DNA of 60,148 nucleotides from Candidatus Nealsonbacteria bacterium (GCA_003551435.1 PUMQ01000021.1:1-60148), one strand, 5' to 3'; shown: positions 27,796 to 37,495, counted from the first letter of the stretch. A program made the numbers and translations. The notes: generated by a model from the letters alone, not told the origin.

Positions 27796-29136
27796 CTACA
27801 CTTTCCGTTCAGGAAAAGGATTCTCCTTTGTTTTACCTATGTCTCTTCCGCAATATCTAGCCCCCTCTCCACACCTTCCAGCCAGTACGCAATTTGGAGC
27901 CATTATCCGAGTAACGGGATGGTTTTCTCCAAGTGATTCTCTCAGTGAAAGCGCAAGGTGATAAATCTCTTCCTGCGCGCAAAAACAAAGCCTTTTGGAC
28001 AGCTCATGTACAGCCGCATTATACGACGCACTTTTTTCATACCCAACCATTGCTCCGTAAGGAGCAAGAACCGTGTGCAGACTGCTGGGAATCTTGCTTC
28101 CGAGAGAAGCCCATCGGATGAACATCTGTTTAGCCTCTTTTTCCAATCCCAGGCTATCGGGAATCGGCGGGAGATAAAAATGGCCCGTAAAACGGGGGTT
28201 GCTTCTTCGAACGGTTCTGTGCCTCTGGTCCTGTCCCATAGTGGCTACGGACAACTCAACTTCGGTTTTAATCTCCTGCGTATTGTTGCCCATCAACCGA
28301 GGGGAAAAATGAAGCAAATCAAGAGGGTGCAGTTCATTCCTGTGAGGAACATTGAAAATAGCAGGATCTCCCGCATTTTTTATTCCCACTACCGGTTTTT
28401 TGCGGACTCCGAGAAACTCATCACACTTTTTAACAACGGAAGACTCTTTTTCTTGCCGGTGCCCAAAAAGAAAATCCAATTCCGGCCACTTTTCCAAAAC
28501 AAGGCCAACCATTTTTTGAGTTGCATCCTTCATTGCCGGAGACCAAGAAACAGCATACATGGCAGCTAAAGCGGAAATATTAACAGTGTATTCAAGCGCA
28601 GTGGGAAAAATTACCGGTATAAACATTCTCAACTGTTCCTGGGCGATTTTGGGAGTGTTTTGGTTGATATATTTATCGGTAGCATTCGGTCTTTCCTCTA
28701 CAATAAATTTTTCCGCTTTTTCTACCGCTTTCTCAAAACTAGACTGATAAATATCGGTTCCCAGCATAATATAATCCATCACTTCTTCCCTGTTTTCAAG
28801 GCCGGACCAGTAATTTTCAACATACTTTTCCAGCTTTTTCTTGTCAGGGTTGGCAAACATTTTGGCACAAAACCTCCCAGATCTTTGGCTGGTATTGTAA
28901 AAAGGATTTGCTAAGTGTATGCCGAAGGTAATATCGCCAACCGCAATGTCTTCTATAAGAAACGTGCAGAAAAAATGCTGAAAAGTGGTGTGATGCCCCG
29001 TATTCCAAAGTCTTCCTTCAATATCAATCGTCTTGCCCCATTCGGGCGCCGTATCTTCATAACAAACTTTCGCCGCGTGAGAAATGGACTCTACCGGATT
29101 CTTTGCCGGCCAATTTACTAAACTTACCTTAATCAT
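27796..29136 (-). CDS. thyX: FAD-dependent thymidylate synthase ThyX, tandem-duplicated (pseudo-dimeric) single chain with Cys-rich C-terminus
   Basis: The N-half has GHHTTFQHFFCTFLIED...NTSQRSGRF (ThyX SxR part, RHR lost). The C-half has QDQRHRTVRRS (RHR part) and a ...CAQEEI helix. GGAGG lies 7 nt upstream of the ATG at 29136. Length is 446 aa versus about 220 for canonical ThyX. Confidence 0.8.
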   Translation of the reverse strand: MIKVSLVNWPAKNPVESISHAAKVCYEDTAPEWGKTIDIEGRLWNTGHHTTFQHFFCTFLIEDIAVGDITFGIHLANPFYNTSQRSGRFCAKMFANPDKKKLEKYVENYWSGLENREEVMDYIMLGTDIYQSSFEKAVEKAEKFIVEERPNATDKYINQNTPKIAQEQLRMFIPVIFPTALEYTVNISALAAMYAVSWSPAMKDATQKMVGLVLEKWPELDFLFGHRQEKESSVVKKCDEFLGVRKKPVVGIKNAGDPAIFNVPHRNELHPLDLLHFSPRLMGNNTQEIKTEVELSVATMGQDQRHRTVRRSNPRFTGHFYLPPIPDSLGLEKEAKQMFIRWASLGSKIPSSLHTVLAPYGAMVGYEKSASYNAAVHELSKRLCFCAQEEIYHLALSLRESLGENHPVTRIMAPNCVLAGRCGEGARYCGRDIGKTKENPFPERKV

Positions 29137-29271
29137 GCCTTTTTCCTCCTTTTATTAAATTTAAAAGAACTTTCTCCTTAATCCTAAAAAGCACCTCCTT
29201 ATATGCTTTTTCTATGCCTAACATATTATCACTTTAAAATATGTTTTGCAATACTTCATATTTATGTCAAA

Positions 29272-29982
29272 TTATTTAAATTTTAATACTTTTTTAATTT
29301 TTTGGTGGATATCTTCGGGTGAAAGCAGTTTTCCATTTCCAATGCACTCAATGGTTTTGAATTCGCGCGGATACTCCTTGGTTAAATCAAGATAAGCGTT
29401 TAAGCTGTCTCTAAGGTGTTTTTTATCTTTCTCGTGAATATCCCTTTTTCCCCTTTTCAAATAAAGAGCTTTCTTCTTTTTCTTTCCCTCTTCTTTGATC
29501 TCCGAAGATAATCTATGAGAAAGTTCCGGGGAAGTTTTAAGAATTAGAGTGATGTCGGGTTTTGGTATTTCAAAAATATTGTACTCAAGATGATAAAGCC
29601 ATCGAAGATAATTTCTTCTTTGCTTCTTGTTTCTTATTTTTCCTCCTTGATGAGCTATGTTTGAAGCAATATATCTGTCAGCAATAATAATATATCCTTC
29701 CTTAATCCATTTTCTCATTTTAAAGGAAGCATCATATCTGTCACAAGCATAAAAAATAGAAGCTCTGTAAGGGCCTACTTCTTTCGCTTTGCCATACTTT
29801 CCGTTTAAATATTCCTCCACCAAGCCTGCCGATTTATTGCCGTACTGAGGGAAATCTATCTCTTTTACTTTATGCCCTCTATCTTTAACTGCTTTGATGA
29901 GCAGTTTTGCCTGAGTCGCTTTACCAGATCCGTCCGGACCCTCTATGGCAATAAATTTACCTCTTTTTTTGCTTTTATTCAT
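29272..29982 (-). CDS. tmk: Thymidylate kinase
   Basis: FIAIEGPDGSGKATQAKLL P-loop and a DRY-like motif (ADRYIASNIAHQ). Confidence 0.9.
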   Translation of the reverse strand: MNKSKKRGKFIAIEGPDGSGKATQAKLLIKAVKDRGHKVKEIDFPQYGNKSAGLVEEYLNGKYGKAKEVGPYRASIFYACDRYDASFKMRKWIKEGYIIIADRYIASNIAHQGGKIRNKKQRRNYLRWLYHLEYNIFEIPKPDITLILKTSPELSHRLSSEIKEEGKKKKKALYLKRGKRDIHEKDKKHLRDSLNAYLDLTKEYPREFKTIECIGNGKLLSPEDIHQKIKKVLKFK

Positions 29983-30527
29983 TGCAAATTTTGGATTAAC
30001 TCAGTCGCTTTTCCCTCGAGATCCTCCTTGCTTTCTTCGTTTTTTACCACAATATCGGCTTTTTGTCCTATTTCTTTAATCTGTTGCTCTGGCCTTTGTG
30101 AATCAATTTCCAAAAACTTTTCATAAGAGACGCTGTCGTCTTTTCTCTCTCCCCTGTGCCTTATTCGTTCCCACCGTTTTTTCGTATCAATGGTGATATA
30201 GACGACAACACCGCCCATTTCTTTAATAAAATCAAACTCTTCTTTTACCCTTATTCCGTTGACAACGATAATCTCCTCTTTGGCTTCCTTTATCTTTTTT
30301 GCCACTCCACGCATTAAAATATCTTCTCCGAATCTATCCCTCAGAGCACTTGCCAACCACTGTTGGTCCTCTTTTTTTATTTCTTCAAAAAAAAGCCCCA
30401 ACGCTTTTGACAGGGGTTCCGAAAAACGGAGAGACAAAACGGAGGGAAACTTTTCTTTTATAATTCGGCAAAAAGTATCTTTTCCGGAGCCGGTTTCTCC
30501 GACAATACCGATGATTTTTCTGCCCAT
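29979..30527 (-). CDS. P-loop nucleotide kinase resembling phage T4 gp1-type dNMP kinase
   Basis: The P-loop GIVGETGSGKDT matches the ..SGKDT P-loop I recall for gp1-like dNMP kinases. Length is 182 aa. The TGA stop overlaps the tmk ATG (ATGA). Confidence 0.5.
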   Translation of the reverse strand: MGRKIIGIVGETGSGKDTFCRIIKEKFPSVLSLRFSEPLSKALGLFFEEIKKEDQQWLASALRDRFGEDILMRGVAKKIKEAKEEIIVVNGIRVKEEFDFIKEMGGVVVYITIDTKKRWERIRHRGERKDDSVSYEKFLEIDSQRPEQQIKEIGQKADIVVKNEESKEDLEGKATELIQNLQ

Positions 30528-30529
30528 AT

Positions 30530-31003
30530 TTACTCTAAAAAATTTATTTTCTCCTCGGGTTTTTCTAAAATATCAAACTCTATGCCCGCCTCCTTAAAGA
30601 GTTCCGCAAACGAGTCTTCGGAATACTCTTTAAAGCTGACAAAGCGCTTTATTTTGGCGTTAATAAGCATCTTGGCACACAGAACGCACGGTGTATGCGT
30701 GCAGTAGACGGTAGCTCCTTCAAGAGATATTCCGTGCAAACATCCCTGTATAATCACGTTTTGCTCCGCGTGTATAGCACGGCAAACTTCATGCATTTTT
30801 CCGGAAGGTATGTTGTTTTGATCTCTTAAGCACCCGAGTTCAAGACAGTCCTTCATTCCGGCAGGCGCCCCGTTATATCCGGTAGACAGTATCTGTTTAT
30901 TGCGCACAGCCACAGCGCCCACCTTTCTTCTAATACAAGTGGACCGCTCCGCTACCACAGCAGCAATCTTTAAGAAATAATCGTCAATAGAAATTCTCTT
31001 CAT
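30530..31003 (-). CDS. dCMP deaminase (ComEB/Dcd-type zinc deaminase)
   Basis: HAEQNVI and PCVLCAKMLINAKI zinc motifs; 157 aa. Confidence 0.9.
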   Translation of the reverse strand: MKRISIDDYFLKIAAVVAERSTCIRRKVGAVAVRNKQILSTGYNGAPAGMKDCLELGCLRDQNNIPSGKMHEVCRAIHAEQNVIIQGCLHGISLEGATVYCTHTPCVLCAKMLINAKIKRFVSFKEYSEDSFAELFKEAGIEFDILEKPEEKINFLE

Positions 31004-31005
31004 TT

Positions 31006-31431
31006 TTAATCTATTACTTCTATTCCCATTTGTTTGGCGGTTCCTTCTATAATTCGCGAGGCGGATTCAATGTCGTCAGTATTCAGGTCAGGCATTTTTC
31101 TCTTGGCTACCTCTCTAAGCTGTTCCCTCTTAATCTTTCCCACCTTTTTCTTTTTGGGGCTTCCCGAACCCTTTTCAATCCCCAGCTCCTTCATAAGAAG
31201 CTCTGATGCAGGAGGTTCTTTTAACACAAAATCGTACGCCCCTCCCTCGTAAACCGTAATTTCCACCGGCACGGTCAAGCCCAGCCTGTCTTGAGTCTTG
31301 TTGTTAAAGTCCGTACAGAACTGCCCCATGTTAATGCCGTGCTGAGCGAGTGCGGGCCCCACAGGGGGCGCGGGTGTTGCTTTTCCCGCTTCAATTTGTA
31401 ATTTTACAACCGCTTTTACTTTTTTAGCCAT
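31006..31431 (-). CDS. rplK: 50S ribosomal protein L11
   Basis: [34 protein letters not shown] is the L11 signature. Confidence 0.96.
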   Translation of the reverse strand: MAKKVKAVVKLQIEAGKATPAPPVGPALAQHGINMGQFCTDFNNKTQDRLGLTVPVEITVYEGGAYDFVLKEPPASELLMKELGIEKGSGSPKKKKVGKIKREQLREVAKRKMPDLNTDDIESASRIIEGTAKQMGIEVID

Positions 31432-31433
31432 GA

Positions 31434-31979
31434 TTATAATTTCTTTATTTGTAACGAGTCAAGCTCCACGGAAGTGTCTCTTCCGAACATATTGACCATA
31501 ACTTTTACCTTTCCCCTCTCTTTATCTATTTCGGAAACCTTTCCGTCAAAATCTTTAAAAGGTCCGTCGGTAACCTTTACCATATCTCCCTTTTCCACAT
31601 TTATTTTAAACTGGGGCGCTTCTTGAGTAATCCGCTTCATAAGAACATCAACCTCTTTATCCGAGAGAGGAACAGGAGTAACCCCCGCCCCGACAAACCC
31701 GGTAACATTGGGGGTGTTTCTTACAACATACCAGGACTCATCGGTAACAATCATTTTTACAAGTACATATCCGGGGTAGAGCTTCTCTTCAACCTCTTTT
31801 CTTTTTCCGTTTTTAATTTTTATCTTTTTTTCCCGGGGGACAATAACGTCAGAAATTTTATCTTCCATCCCGAAAGACTCCGCTCTTTGCTTGAGATTTT
31901 TCGCTACCGCTTCTTCATACCCCGAGTAGGTGTGAATAACGTACCACTTTTCCTCTTGTGTGGATTCCTGTCTTGCCAT
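31434..31979 (-). CDS. nusG: Transcription termination/antitermination factor NusG
   Basis: [15 protein letters not shown] (NGN) and a KOW region ([22 protein letters not shown]). Confidence 0.95.
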   Translation of the reverse strand: MARQESTQEEKWYVIHTYSGYEEAVAKNLKQRAESFGMEDKISDVIVPREKKIKIKNGKRKEVEEKLYPGYVLVKMIVTDESWYVVRNTPNVTGFVGAGVTPVPLSDKEVDVLMKRITQEAPQFKINVEKGDMVKVTDGPFKDFDGKVSEIDKERGKVKVMVNMFGRDTSVELDSLQIKKL

Positions 31980-31985
31980 AGTTAA

Positions 31986-32165
31986 TTAAATAAGAATGTC
32001 CAAAAACCTTGAGACAACAAAATCAATTCCCCCAAGGTAGGCAGCCACAATAAGCGAAGCAACGATAACCATTAAAGAATATCGTATCGTCTCTTGCCGC
32101 GTAGGCCAGGTTACTTTTCGCACCTCTTGTCTCACTTCGTTTAAAAACCGGGTTACTTTATTCAT
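31986..32165 (-). CDS. secE: Preprotein translocase subunit SecE (59 aa, below the ORF-track cutoff)
   Basis: Hand translation gives MNKVTRFLNEVRQEVRKVTWPTRQETIRYSLMVIVASLIVAAYLGGIDFVVSRFLDILI*. It has the KVxWPxxxE motif plus one TM helix and sits immediately upstream of nusG. Confidence 0.88.
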   Translation of the reverse strand: MNKVTRFLNEVRQEVRKVTWPTRQETIRYSLMVIVASLIVAAYLGGIDFVVSRFLDILI

Positions 32166-32220
32166 GTTTTTTAAAATTTATCCGTAATTATATTGGCAAA
32201 AAGGTGTCTTGTCAATTTTC

Positions 32221-34125
32221 CTATATGTCAATGTTTCCCGCTTTTTTGGCGTGGGTTTTTATAAAATTCTTGCGCAAAACGACCTCTTGTCCCATCAAGG
32301 TGTCAAATATCCTGTCTGCTTCTTTAGCGTCTTCCGCTGTAACCTGGAGCAAAATCCTGTTTTCCGGATTCATTGTTGTTTCCCACAACTGGTCGGGATT
32401 CATCTCTCCCAACCCTTTGTATCTTTGTACATCAACCGACGTTCCTTTCATATCTTCCAATATCTCCGCCTTATCCGCTTCAATGTAGGCGTACTCCACC
32501 CTTTTCCCAGCCTGAATTTTGTACAAAGGGGGCCGGGCGATATAAAGATACCCTTTTTCTATTACCGGCCTGAAGTATCGGTAAAAAAGCGTTAGAAGAA
32601 GAGTTTTGATGTGGTTTCCGTCACTATCCGCATCAGCCATTATTATAATCCGGTGATACCGAAGTTTTTCAATATCAAAATCTTCGGCAATAGCCGCTCC
32701 CAGAGCGATGACTAAAGATTTAATCTCTTTTGACGCCAAAATCTTATCCAGTCTCGCTCTTTCCACGTTTAAAATCTTCCCTTTCAGGGGCAGAATAGCC
32801 TGAAAATGCCTGTCTCGTGCCCCTTTACAGCTTCCGGCCGCCGACTCCCCCTCAATGATATACAGCTCCGATTCCTCCGGTTTTTTTGAAGAACAATCGG
32901 CCAACTTCCCGGGAAGAGAAAGCCCTTCCAGAGCCCCCTTGCGAAGAACGGTTTCTCTTACCGCCCTTGCCGCTTTCCTTGCTTTTGCAGATAGAATGCA
33001 CTTGCTGATAATTGCTTTTGCATCTTGGGGATTTCTCTCAAAAAAATCAACCAGATGTTCGGAGACAAGGTTTTCCGTTGCCGTCCTTGCTTCCACGTTT
33101 CCCAGTTTTGTTTTTGTTTGGCCTTCAAACTGCGGCTCTTTAATTTTAACGGATACAACTCCCGTAAGCCCTTCTCGGATATCTTCGCCCTTCAGATTTC
33201 CGTCTTCTTCTTTCAGGAAACCTTCTCTCTTTGCATAGTTATTTATCGTTTTGGTGAGTGCTACTCTAAAACCGGTAAGGTGGGTTCCTCCCTCCTTAGT
33301 GTTAATGTTGTTTGCGAAGCTTTCCTCGTAAATCTCATACTCTTCGGAGTAACAAAAAGCGGCTTCAATAATAACGCCCTCTTTCTCTCCGGAACAGTAG
33401 AAAACATTTGGATGAACCGATTCCACTCCCCGGGTTAAAAATCTCACATAGGACAAAATTCCTCCTTCAAAATAAAAAGAGTATTTTTCTTCCGAGTCTT
33501 TTCTCTTGTCAATGAAATTAAGCTTAATCCCCTTTGTAAGGTATGCTTGCTGTCGCAAATGGTCAATCACTCTTTTTGAACTAAAATTAATCTCTTTGAA
33601 AATCTTTTTGTCGGGGCGGAACATAATAGCGGTCCCCGTTTTTTTTGTTTTCTCTCCCTTTTTCACTTTTCCCAAAGGACGCCCTTCTTTATACTCTTGC
33701 GAGTACTTGTATCCGTCTCTTGAGACTTCTACTTTCATCCACTCTGAAAGTGCACAAACAACCGAGATTCCCACTCCGTGAAGCCCTCCGGACACCTGGT
33801 ATGCCTTGTCGCTGAACTTTCCACCCGCATGCAGAGTGGTCATTACCGTTTCCAAGGCCGACTTTTTGGTTTGCGGATGGGTATCCACCGGAATCCCTCT
33901 CCCGTCATCGCTTACCTCTATCTGGTTGTTTGCATGTAAAACAACCGTCCCCTCCGTGCCATAGCCGGACATAAACTCATCAATAAAGTTATCCGTACAC
34001 TCGAATATAAGGTGGTGAAGCCCGTCAAGTCCGGTAGACCCGATAAACATTCCCGGCCTTTTCCTAACCGGATCCAGGCCCTTTAATACGCTTATATCCT
34101 TGGCATTATATTCTGATTTTTTCAT
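32221..34125 (-). CDS. gyrB: DNA gyrase subunit B (type IIA topoisomerase B subunit; ParE not formally excluded)
   Basis: GLDPVRKRPGMFIG, GLHHLIFECTDN, GGLHGVG, EGESAAGS, PLKGKILNVE and IMADADSDGNHI motifs. Confidence 0.9.
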   Translation of the reverse strand: MKKSEYNAKDISVLKGLDPVRKRPGMFIGSTGLDGLHHLIFECTDNFIDEFMSGYGTEGTVVLHANNQIEVSDDGRGIPVDTHPQTKKSALETVMTTLHAGGKFSDKAYQVSGGLHGVGISVVCALSEWMKVEVSRDGYKYSQEYKEGRPLGKVKKGEKTKKTGTAIMFRPDKKIFKEINFSSKRVIDHLRQQAYLTKGIKLNFIDKRKDSEEKYSFYFEGGILSYVRFLTRGVESVHPNVFYCSGEKEGVIIEAAFCYSEEYEIYEESFANNINTKEGGTHLTGFRVALTKTINNYAKREGFLKEEDGNLKGEDIREGLTGVVSVKIKEPQFEGQTKTKLGNVEARTATENLVSEHLVDFFERNPQDAKAIISKCILSAKARKAARAVRETVLRKGALEGLSLPGKLADCSSKKPEESELYIIEGESAAGSCKGARDRHFQAILPLKGKILNVERARLDKILASKEIKSLVIALGAAIAEDFDIEKLRYHRIIIMADADSDGNHIKTLLLTLFYRYFRPVIEKGYLYIARPPLYKIQAGKRVEYAYIEADKAEILEDMKGTSVDVQRYKGLGEMNPDQLWETTMNPENRILLQVTAEDAKEADRIFDTLMGQEVVLRKNFIKTHAKKAGNIDI

Positions 34126-34191
34126 AATAATTGACTTATAACTTATAGCCTATGACTACTTTATCAACGGTCATTAGACATTGGTTGTTTG
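34126..34191. repeat. Intergenic element C, related to the elements at 43242-43337 and 49569-49688
   Basis: Shares cttatagcctatgact and tttgtcatt/cattggtt strings with elements A and B. Tandem GYYATAR heptamers lie directly 5' of the gyrB ATG. Confidence 0.5.
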
Positions 34192-36192
34192 TCATTTTCT
34201 TACTTTCCACTCTTTTACTTCTTCCAAGCTCTTTGTTATTTTCTTTTGCAGTTTATTTACCTCTTCGGAGGAAAGCGTCTTGCTCCCGGATTGGAAAAAC
34301 AAACGAAAGGCAAAGTTCTTCATCTCCATCGGAATCTCTTTCCCCTCGTAAACGTCAAAAAGTTTTATTTCCCTTAAATTTTTCCCTCCTTCTTTCGTAA
34401 TTTTTTCCAAAACATCAAGACAGCGGGTTTTTTTCGGAACTAAAACGGCTATATCCCTTACAAGCGCCGGAAACCTCAAGATTGGCTCGTACTCCTTTGT
34501 TTCTTTATAAAACCCTATGAGTTTTTCCAGATCAATTTCCGCAACTGCCGCTCCGCTCTTGACTTTCATCTCTTTTGTTACAGTTCGGGAAACCTCTCCA
34601 AAAGAGCCTATCTTTTCTTTTCCCAAAAAGATTTTTGCGGAGCGTCTCTTGTCCATAAAAACGTTTTCTCCGTTTTCTTCGTAAGAAGGTGACAGATAGG
34701 TAAATTTCCTGATAAATAGATTGATTTTCTCTTTTAGCGAGTAAAAATCATCCACGGAAGAGATTGCTCCGAGCATTTCTCCCTCCTGCGTGCTCCCCTC
34801 TTTTTTAGTGAATATCTTCCCTGTTTCGAACATTTTAATCTTCTCAAAATTCTTTTCATTCTCTTTAAGATTCCGGCACAAACCGGGAACAAGAGAGGGC
34901 CGTAAATACTTGAACTCAAGACTGGCCGGCTTTTCCATTTCAATAAGGATTTTACGGTTAAAGAGCTCGGCGCTCTCTTGGTTGATAAACGAATAATTAT
35001 ATGTTTCGTCAAATCCAAGCCCGTTCCATATTTTTTTACAGACATCTTTAGAAGAAAGAAAACTGCTTTTCTCGGCAGGAATAATTTCTCCTACGGGAAC
35101 TTCCGGCTCTATGTTCTCGTAACCGTACATTCTCCCTACCTCTTCTATAATATCTTCTTTAATGTCAATATCCGTACGGAAATAAGGGGAAACGACATAA
35201 AAAAATGATTTGTTCCTTTTCACCTTAAACTCAAGTTTTCTGAGTATCTTTTCTACTTCCTTTAGGGAAATTTCCACTCCCAGTATTTTGCGCACGTCTT
35301 CCGCGCTGAAAATTACTTCTTTTTCTTCTCTTTTTTTCGGATAGTGGTCAATTGCCCCTTTCATAACTTTTCCTCCTCCCGTTTGAGCAATAAGCACAGC
35401 AGCTCTGTCAAGAGCCATCAGAGTGAGCTCCGCGGGAATCCCGTATTCAAATCTCAGTGAAGCATCTGTTCTTATTTTCAACTCCTGAGAGCCTTTTCTT
35501 ATTACTTTCGGACTAAAATTAGCCGCCTCAAGATAAACTCTTTCCGTTTTTTTATCCACTTCGGGAACTATTCCTCCTTTTATCCCGGCAATACCGATCG
35601 CCGAAAGTTCATCGGAGATAACAAGAGTACTTTCTTGCAACTCATATCTTTTTTCATCCAAAGTAACGATTTTTTCCCTCTTTTTAGCGTAGCGGACCAC
35701 TATCTTCCCTCCTTCAAGCTTGTCTGCATCAAAAGCGTGCAGGGGCTGCCCTGTTTCAAGCATTACATAATTTGCAACGTCAACCACGTTGTTTATCGGC
35801 TTTATTCCGCAACTCTTCAATCTTCTTTGAAGATAAGGAGGGGAGCTTTTTACCTTTACTCCTTCAATTCCCCGAAGCGTGTATCTAGAGCAGGCATTCC
35901 TTACTTCCACGCTTATCTGTTTTGAAATTTCCGGCCCTTTCTCAATAACATCCGTACCGGGCATCTTGTACTCCATTCCGGTAACCGCCGCTATTTCCCG
36001 GGCAATCCCAATGTGCGAAAAGCAGTCTCCCGCTCTGTTCGGAAGAACGTCTATGTCAATTGAAAAATCACTTCCCACCTTTTCCACTCCTTCTACTTCA
36101 AAAGAGTGCATCATCAAAGCTTTGGCCAACTCCTCGGGAGAAGGAAGTTTTTTCCTGAAAAAAGATTGTAAAAAGTCGTAGGAAAACTTCAT
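34192..36192 (-). CDS. pheT: Phenylalanine--tRNA ligase beta subunit (short form)
   Basis: MKFSYDFLQSFF start, then the B3/4 and B5 regions and the C-terminal FDX-ACB-like region. ATG at 36192 is preferred over TTG at 36204. Confidence 0.92.
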   Translation of the reverse strand: MKFSYDFLQSFFRKKLPSPEELAKALMMHSFEVEGVEKVGSDFSIDIDVLPNRAGDCFSHIGIAREIAAVTGMEYKMPGTDVIEKGPEISKQISVEVRNACSRYTLRGIEGVKVKSSPPYLQRRLKSCGIKPINNVVDVANYVMLETGQPLHAFDADKLEGGKIVVRYAKKREKIVTLDEKRYELQESTLVISDELSAIGIAGIKGGIVPEVDKKTERVYLEAANFSPKVIRKGSQELKIRTDASLRFEYGIPAELTLMALDRAAVLIAQTGGGKVMKGAIDHYPKKREEKEVIFSAEDVRKILGVEISLKEVEKILRKLEFKVKRNKSFFYVVSPYFRTDIDIKEDIIEEVGRMYGYENIEPEVPVGEIIPAEKSSFLSSKDVCKKIWNGLGFDETYNYSFINQESAELFNRKILIEMEKPASLEFKYLRPSLVPGLCRNLKENEKNFEKIKMFETGKIFTKKEGSTQEGEMLGAISSVDDFYSLKEKINLFIRKFTYLSPSYEENGENVFMDKRRSAKIFLGKEKIGSFGEVSRTVTKEMKVKSGAAVAEIDLEKLIGFYKETKEYEPILRFPALVRDIAVLVPKKTRCLDVLEKITKEGGKNLREIKLFDVYEGKEIPMEMKNFAFRLFFQSGSKTLSSEEVNKLQKKITKSLEEVKEWKVRK

Positions 36193-36220
36193 AAAATTTT
36201 GCAAAATAGCGCAGAAGCGG

Positions 36221-37240
36221 TTAGAACTGTTTTAGAAATCTTAAGTCTCCGCTGTAGAATAAACGAATATCACTTACCTTGTGCTCTATTATCGCTATAC
36301 GGTCAAGCCCAAGCCCGAAGGCAAACCCGTTGAATTTTTCCGGATCCACTTTGGCGCTCTCTAAAACATTGGGATGAACCATTCCGGCACCCATTACTTC
36401 AAGCCACCCCGTTTTTCCGCAAACGGAACACCCTTTTTTACCGCACAAGGAACAACTTACATCAACCTCAAAAGAGGGTTCCGTGAAAGGGAAGAAAGAC
36501 GGCCGAAGACGAATATCAACATCGCTCTTAAAGAGCTCCCGAAAAAAGAAGCTGATAACCGCCTTGAAATTGGCAACCGAAACGCCTTCCCCTACCATTA
36601 ATCCTTCAAGCTGGTAAAAGTTTATTTCATGCGAACTGTCTGTCGCTTCATTCCTAAAAACCCTTCCGGGGACAATAATCCGAAAAGGAGGCCTTCTTTT
36701 TTCCATATACCTCACCTGAACAGGGGAAGTATGGGTCCTCATTAGAAGTTTCTTTTCAGAAGGAAGAGCGCTTCTTTTTTCCTGCTTTACAAAGAGGGTA
36801 TCCTGCATCTCTCTTACGGGATGGTCTTTTGCAAAATTAAGCGCATCAAAATTGTACCACTCGTTTTCCAATTCCGGCCCTTCAACCGAAATAAACCCCA
36901 TTCTCAGAAAAATATCCTTACACCTTAGTTGCAGTTTGGTGAGGGGGTGGCTGCTTCCCAACTCCGGCTCTTCTCCCGGCAGAGTAATATCAATCCACTC
37001 TTTTTCTTCTTTTGCCTCCCCTTTTGCAGAGCTCATCTGCTCTAAGACAAATTTCCTAAACTCGTTCGCTTTTTCTCCAACCTTTGCCCGTTCTTTGCTG
37101 CTTAAATCTTTTAAAGAACAAAAAACAGAGGACAGCTCTTCCTCTATGTACTTTTTACAGATTTTTCTTCTTTTTTCCGGACTCTTTTCCTTCTTAAGTT
37201 CCTTGAGAAACTTATCTTTAAGTCGCGCAATATCTGTCAT
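36221..37240 (-). CDS. pheS: Phenylalanine--tRNA ligase alpha subunit
   Basis: HPLTKL..., MRTHTSPVQVRYM, FRNEATDSSH, FFPFTEPSFEVD and GAGMVHPNVL. Confidence 0.96.
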   Translation of the reverse strand: MTDIARLKDKFLKELKKEKSPEKRRKICKKYIEEELSSVFCSLKDLSSKERAKVGEKANEFRKFVLEQMSSAKGEAKEEKEWIDITLPGEEPELGSSHPLTKLQLRCKDIFLRMGFISVEGPELENEWYNFDALNFAKDHPVREMQDTLFVKQEKRSALPSEKKLLMRTHTSPVQVRYMEKRRPPFRIIVPGRVFRNEATDSSHEINFYQLEGLMVGEGVSVANFKAVISFFFRELFKSDVDIRLRPSFFPFTEPSFEVDVSCSLCGKKGCSVCGKTGWLEVMGAGMVHPNVLESAKVDPEKFNGFAFGLGLDRIAIIEHKVSDIRLFYSGDLRFLKQF

Positions 37241-37302
37241 AACACCTTAATTTTACCTTAAAAAAGGAAGAAAATCAAATGTTTACAAGCGGGTTAATAA
37301 AC

Positions 37303-37325
37303 AAAAAACCCTCCTTGAGAGAGGG
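37303..37325 (-). terminator. Rho-independent terminator after tRNA-Asp
   Basis: Minus strand reads ccctc-tctcaag-gaggg followed by tttttt. Confidence 0.6.
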
Positions 37326-37331
37326 GTCTTG

Positions 37332-37407
37332 CGCAGGCGATGGGATTCGAACCCACGATCTCCTCCGTGACAGGGAGGCGCTTTAATCCGGACTAAGCTA
37401 CGCCTGC
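37332..37407 (-). tRNA. tRNA-Asp (anticodon GTC)
   Basis: Reverse complement GCAGGCGTAGCTTAGTCCGGATTAAAGCGCCTCCCTGTCACGGAGGAGATCGTGGGTTCGAATCCCATCGCCTGCG, with anticodon loop CTGTCAC. Confidence 0.92.
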
Positions 37408-37421
37408 CTACTTTAAACAAG

Positions 37422-37495
37422 TGCCGGTGGAGGGACTTGAACCCCCGACCTAATGCTTATGATGCATCCGCTCTAACCAGCTGAGCTACACCGGC
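37422..37495 (-). tRNA. tRNA with CAT anticodon, elongator type (Met, or Ile2 if lysidinylated)
   Basis: Reverse complement GCCGGTGTAGCTCAGCTGGTTAGAGCGGATGCATCATAAGCATTAGGTCGGGGGTTCAAGTCCCTCCACCGGCA. The 1:72 pair is normal and the anticodon stem has no GGG/CCC. Confidence 0.88.
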
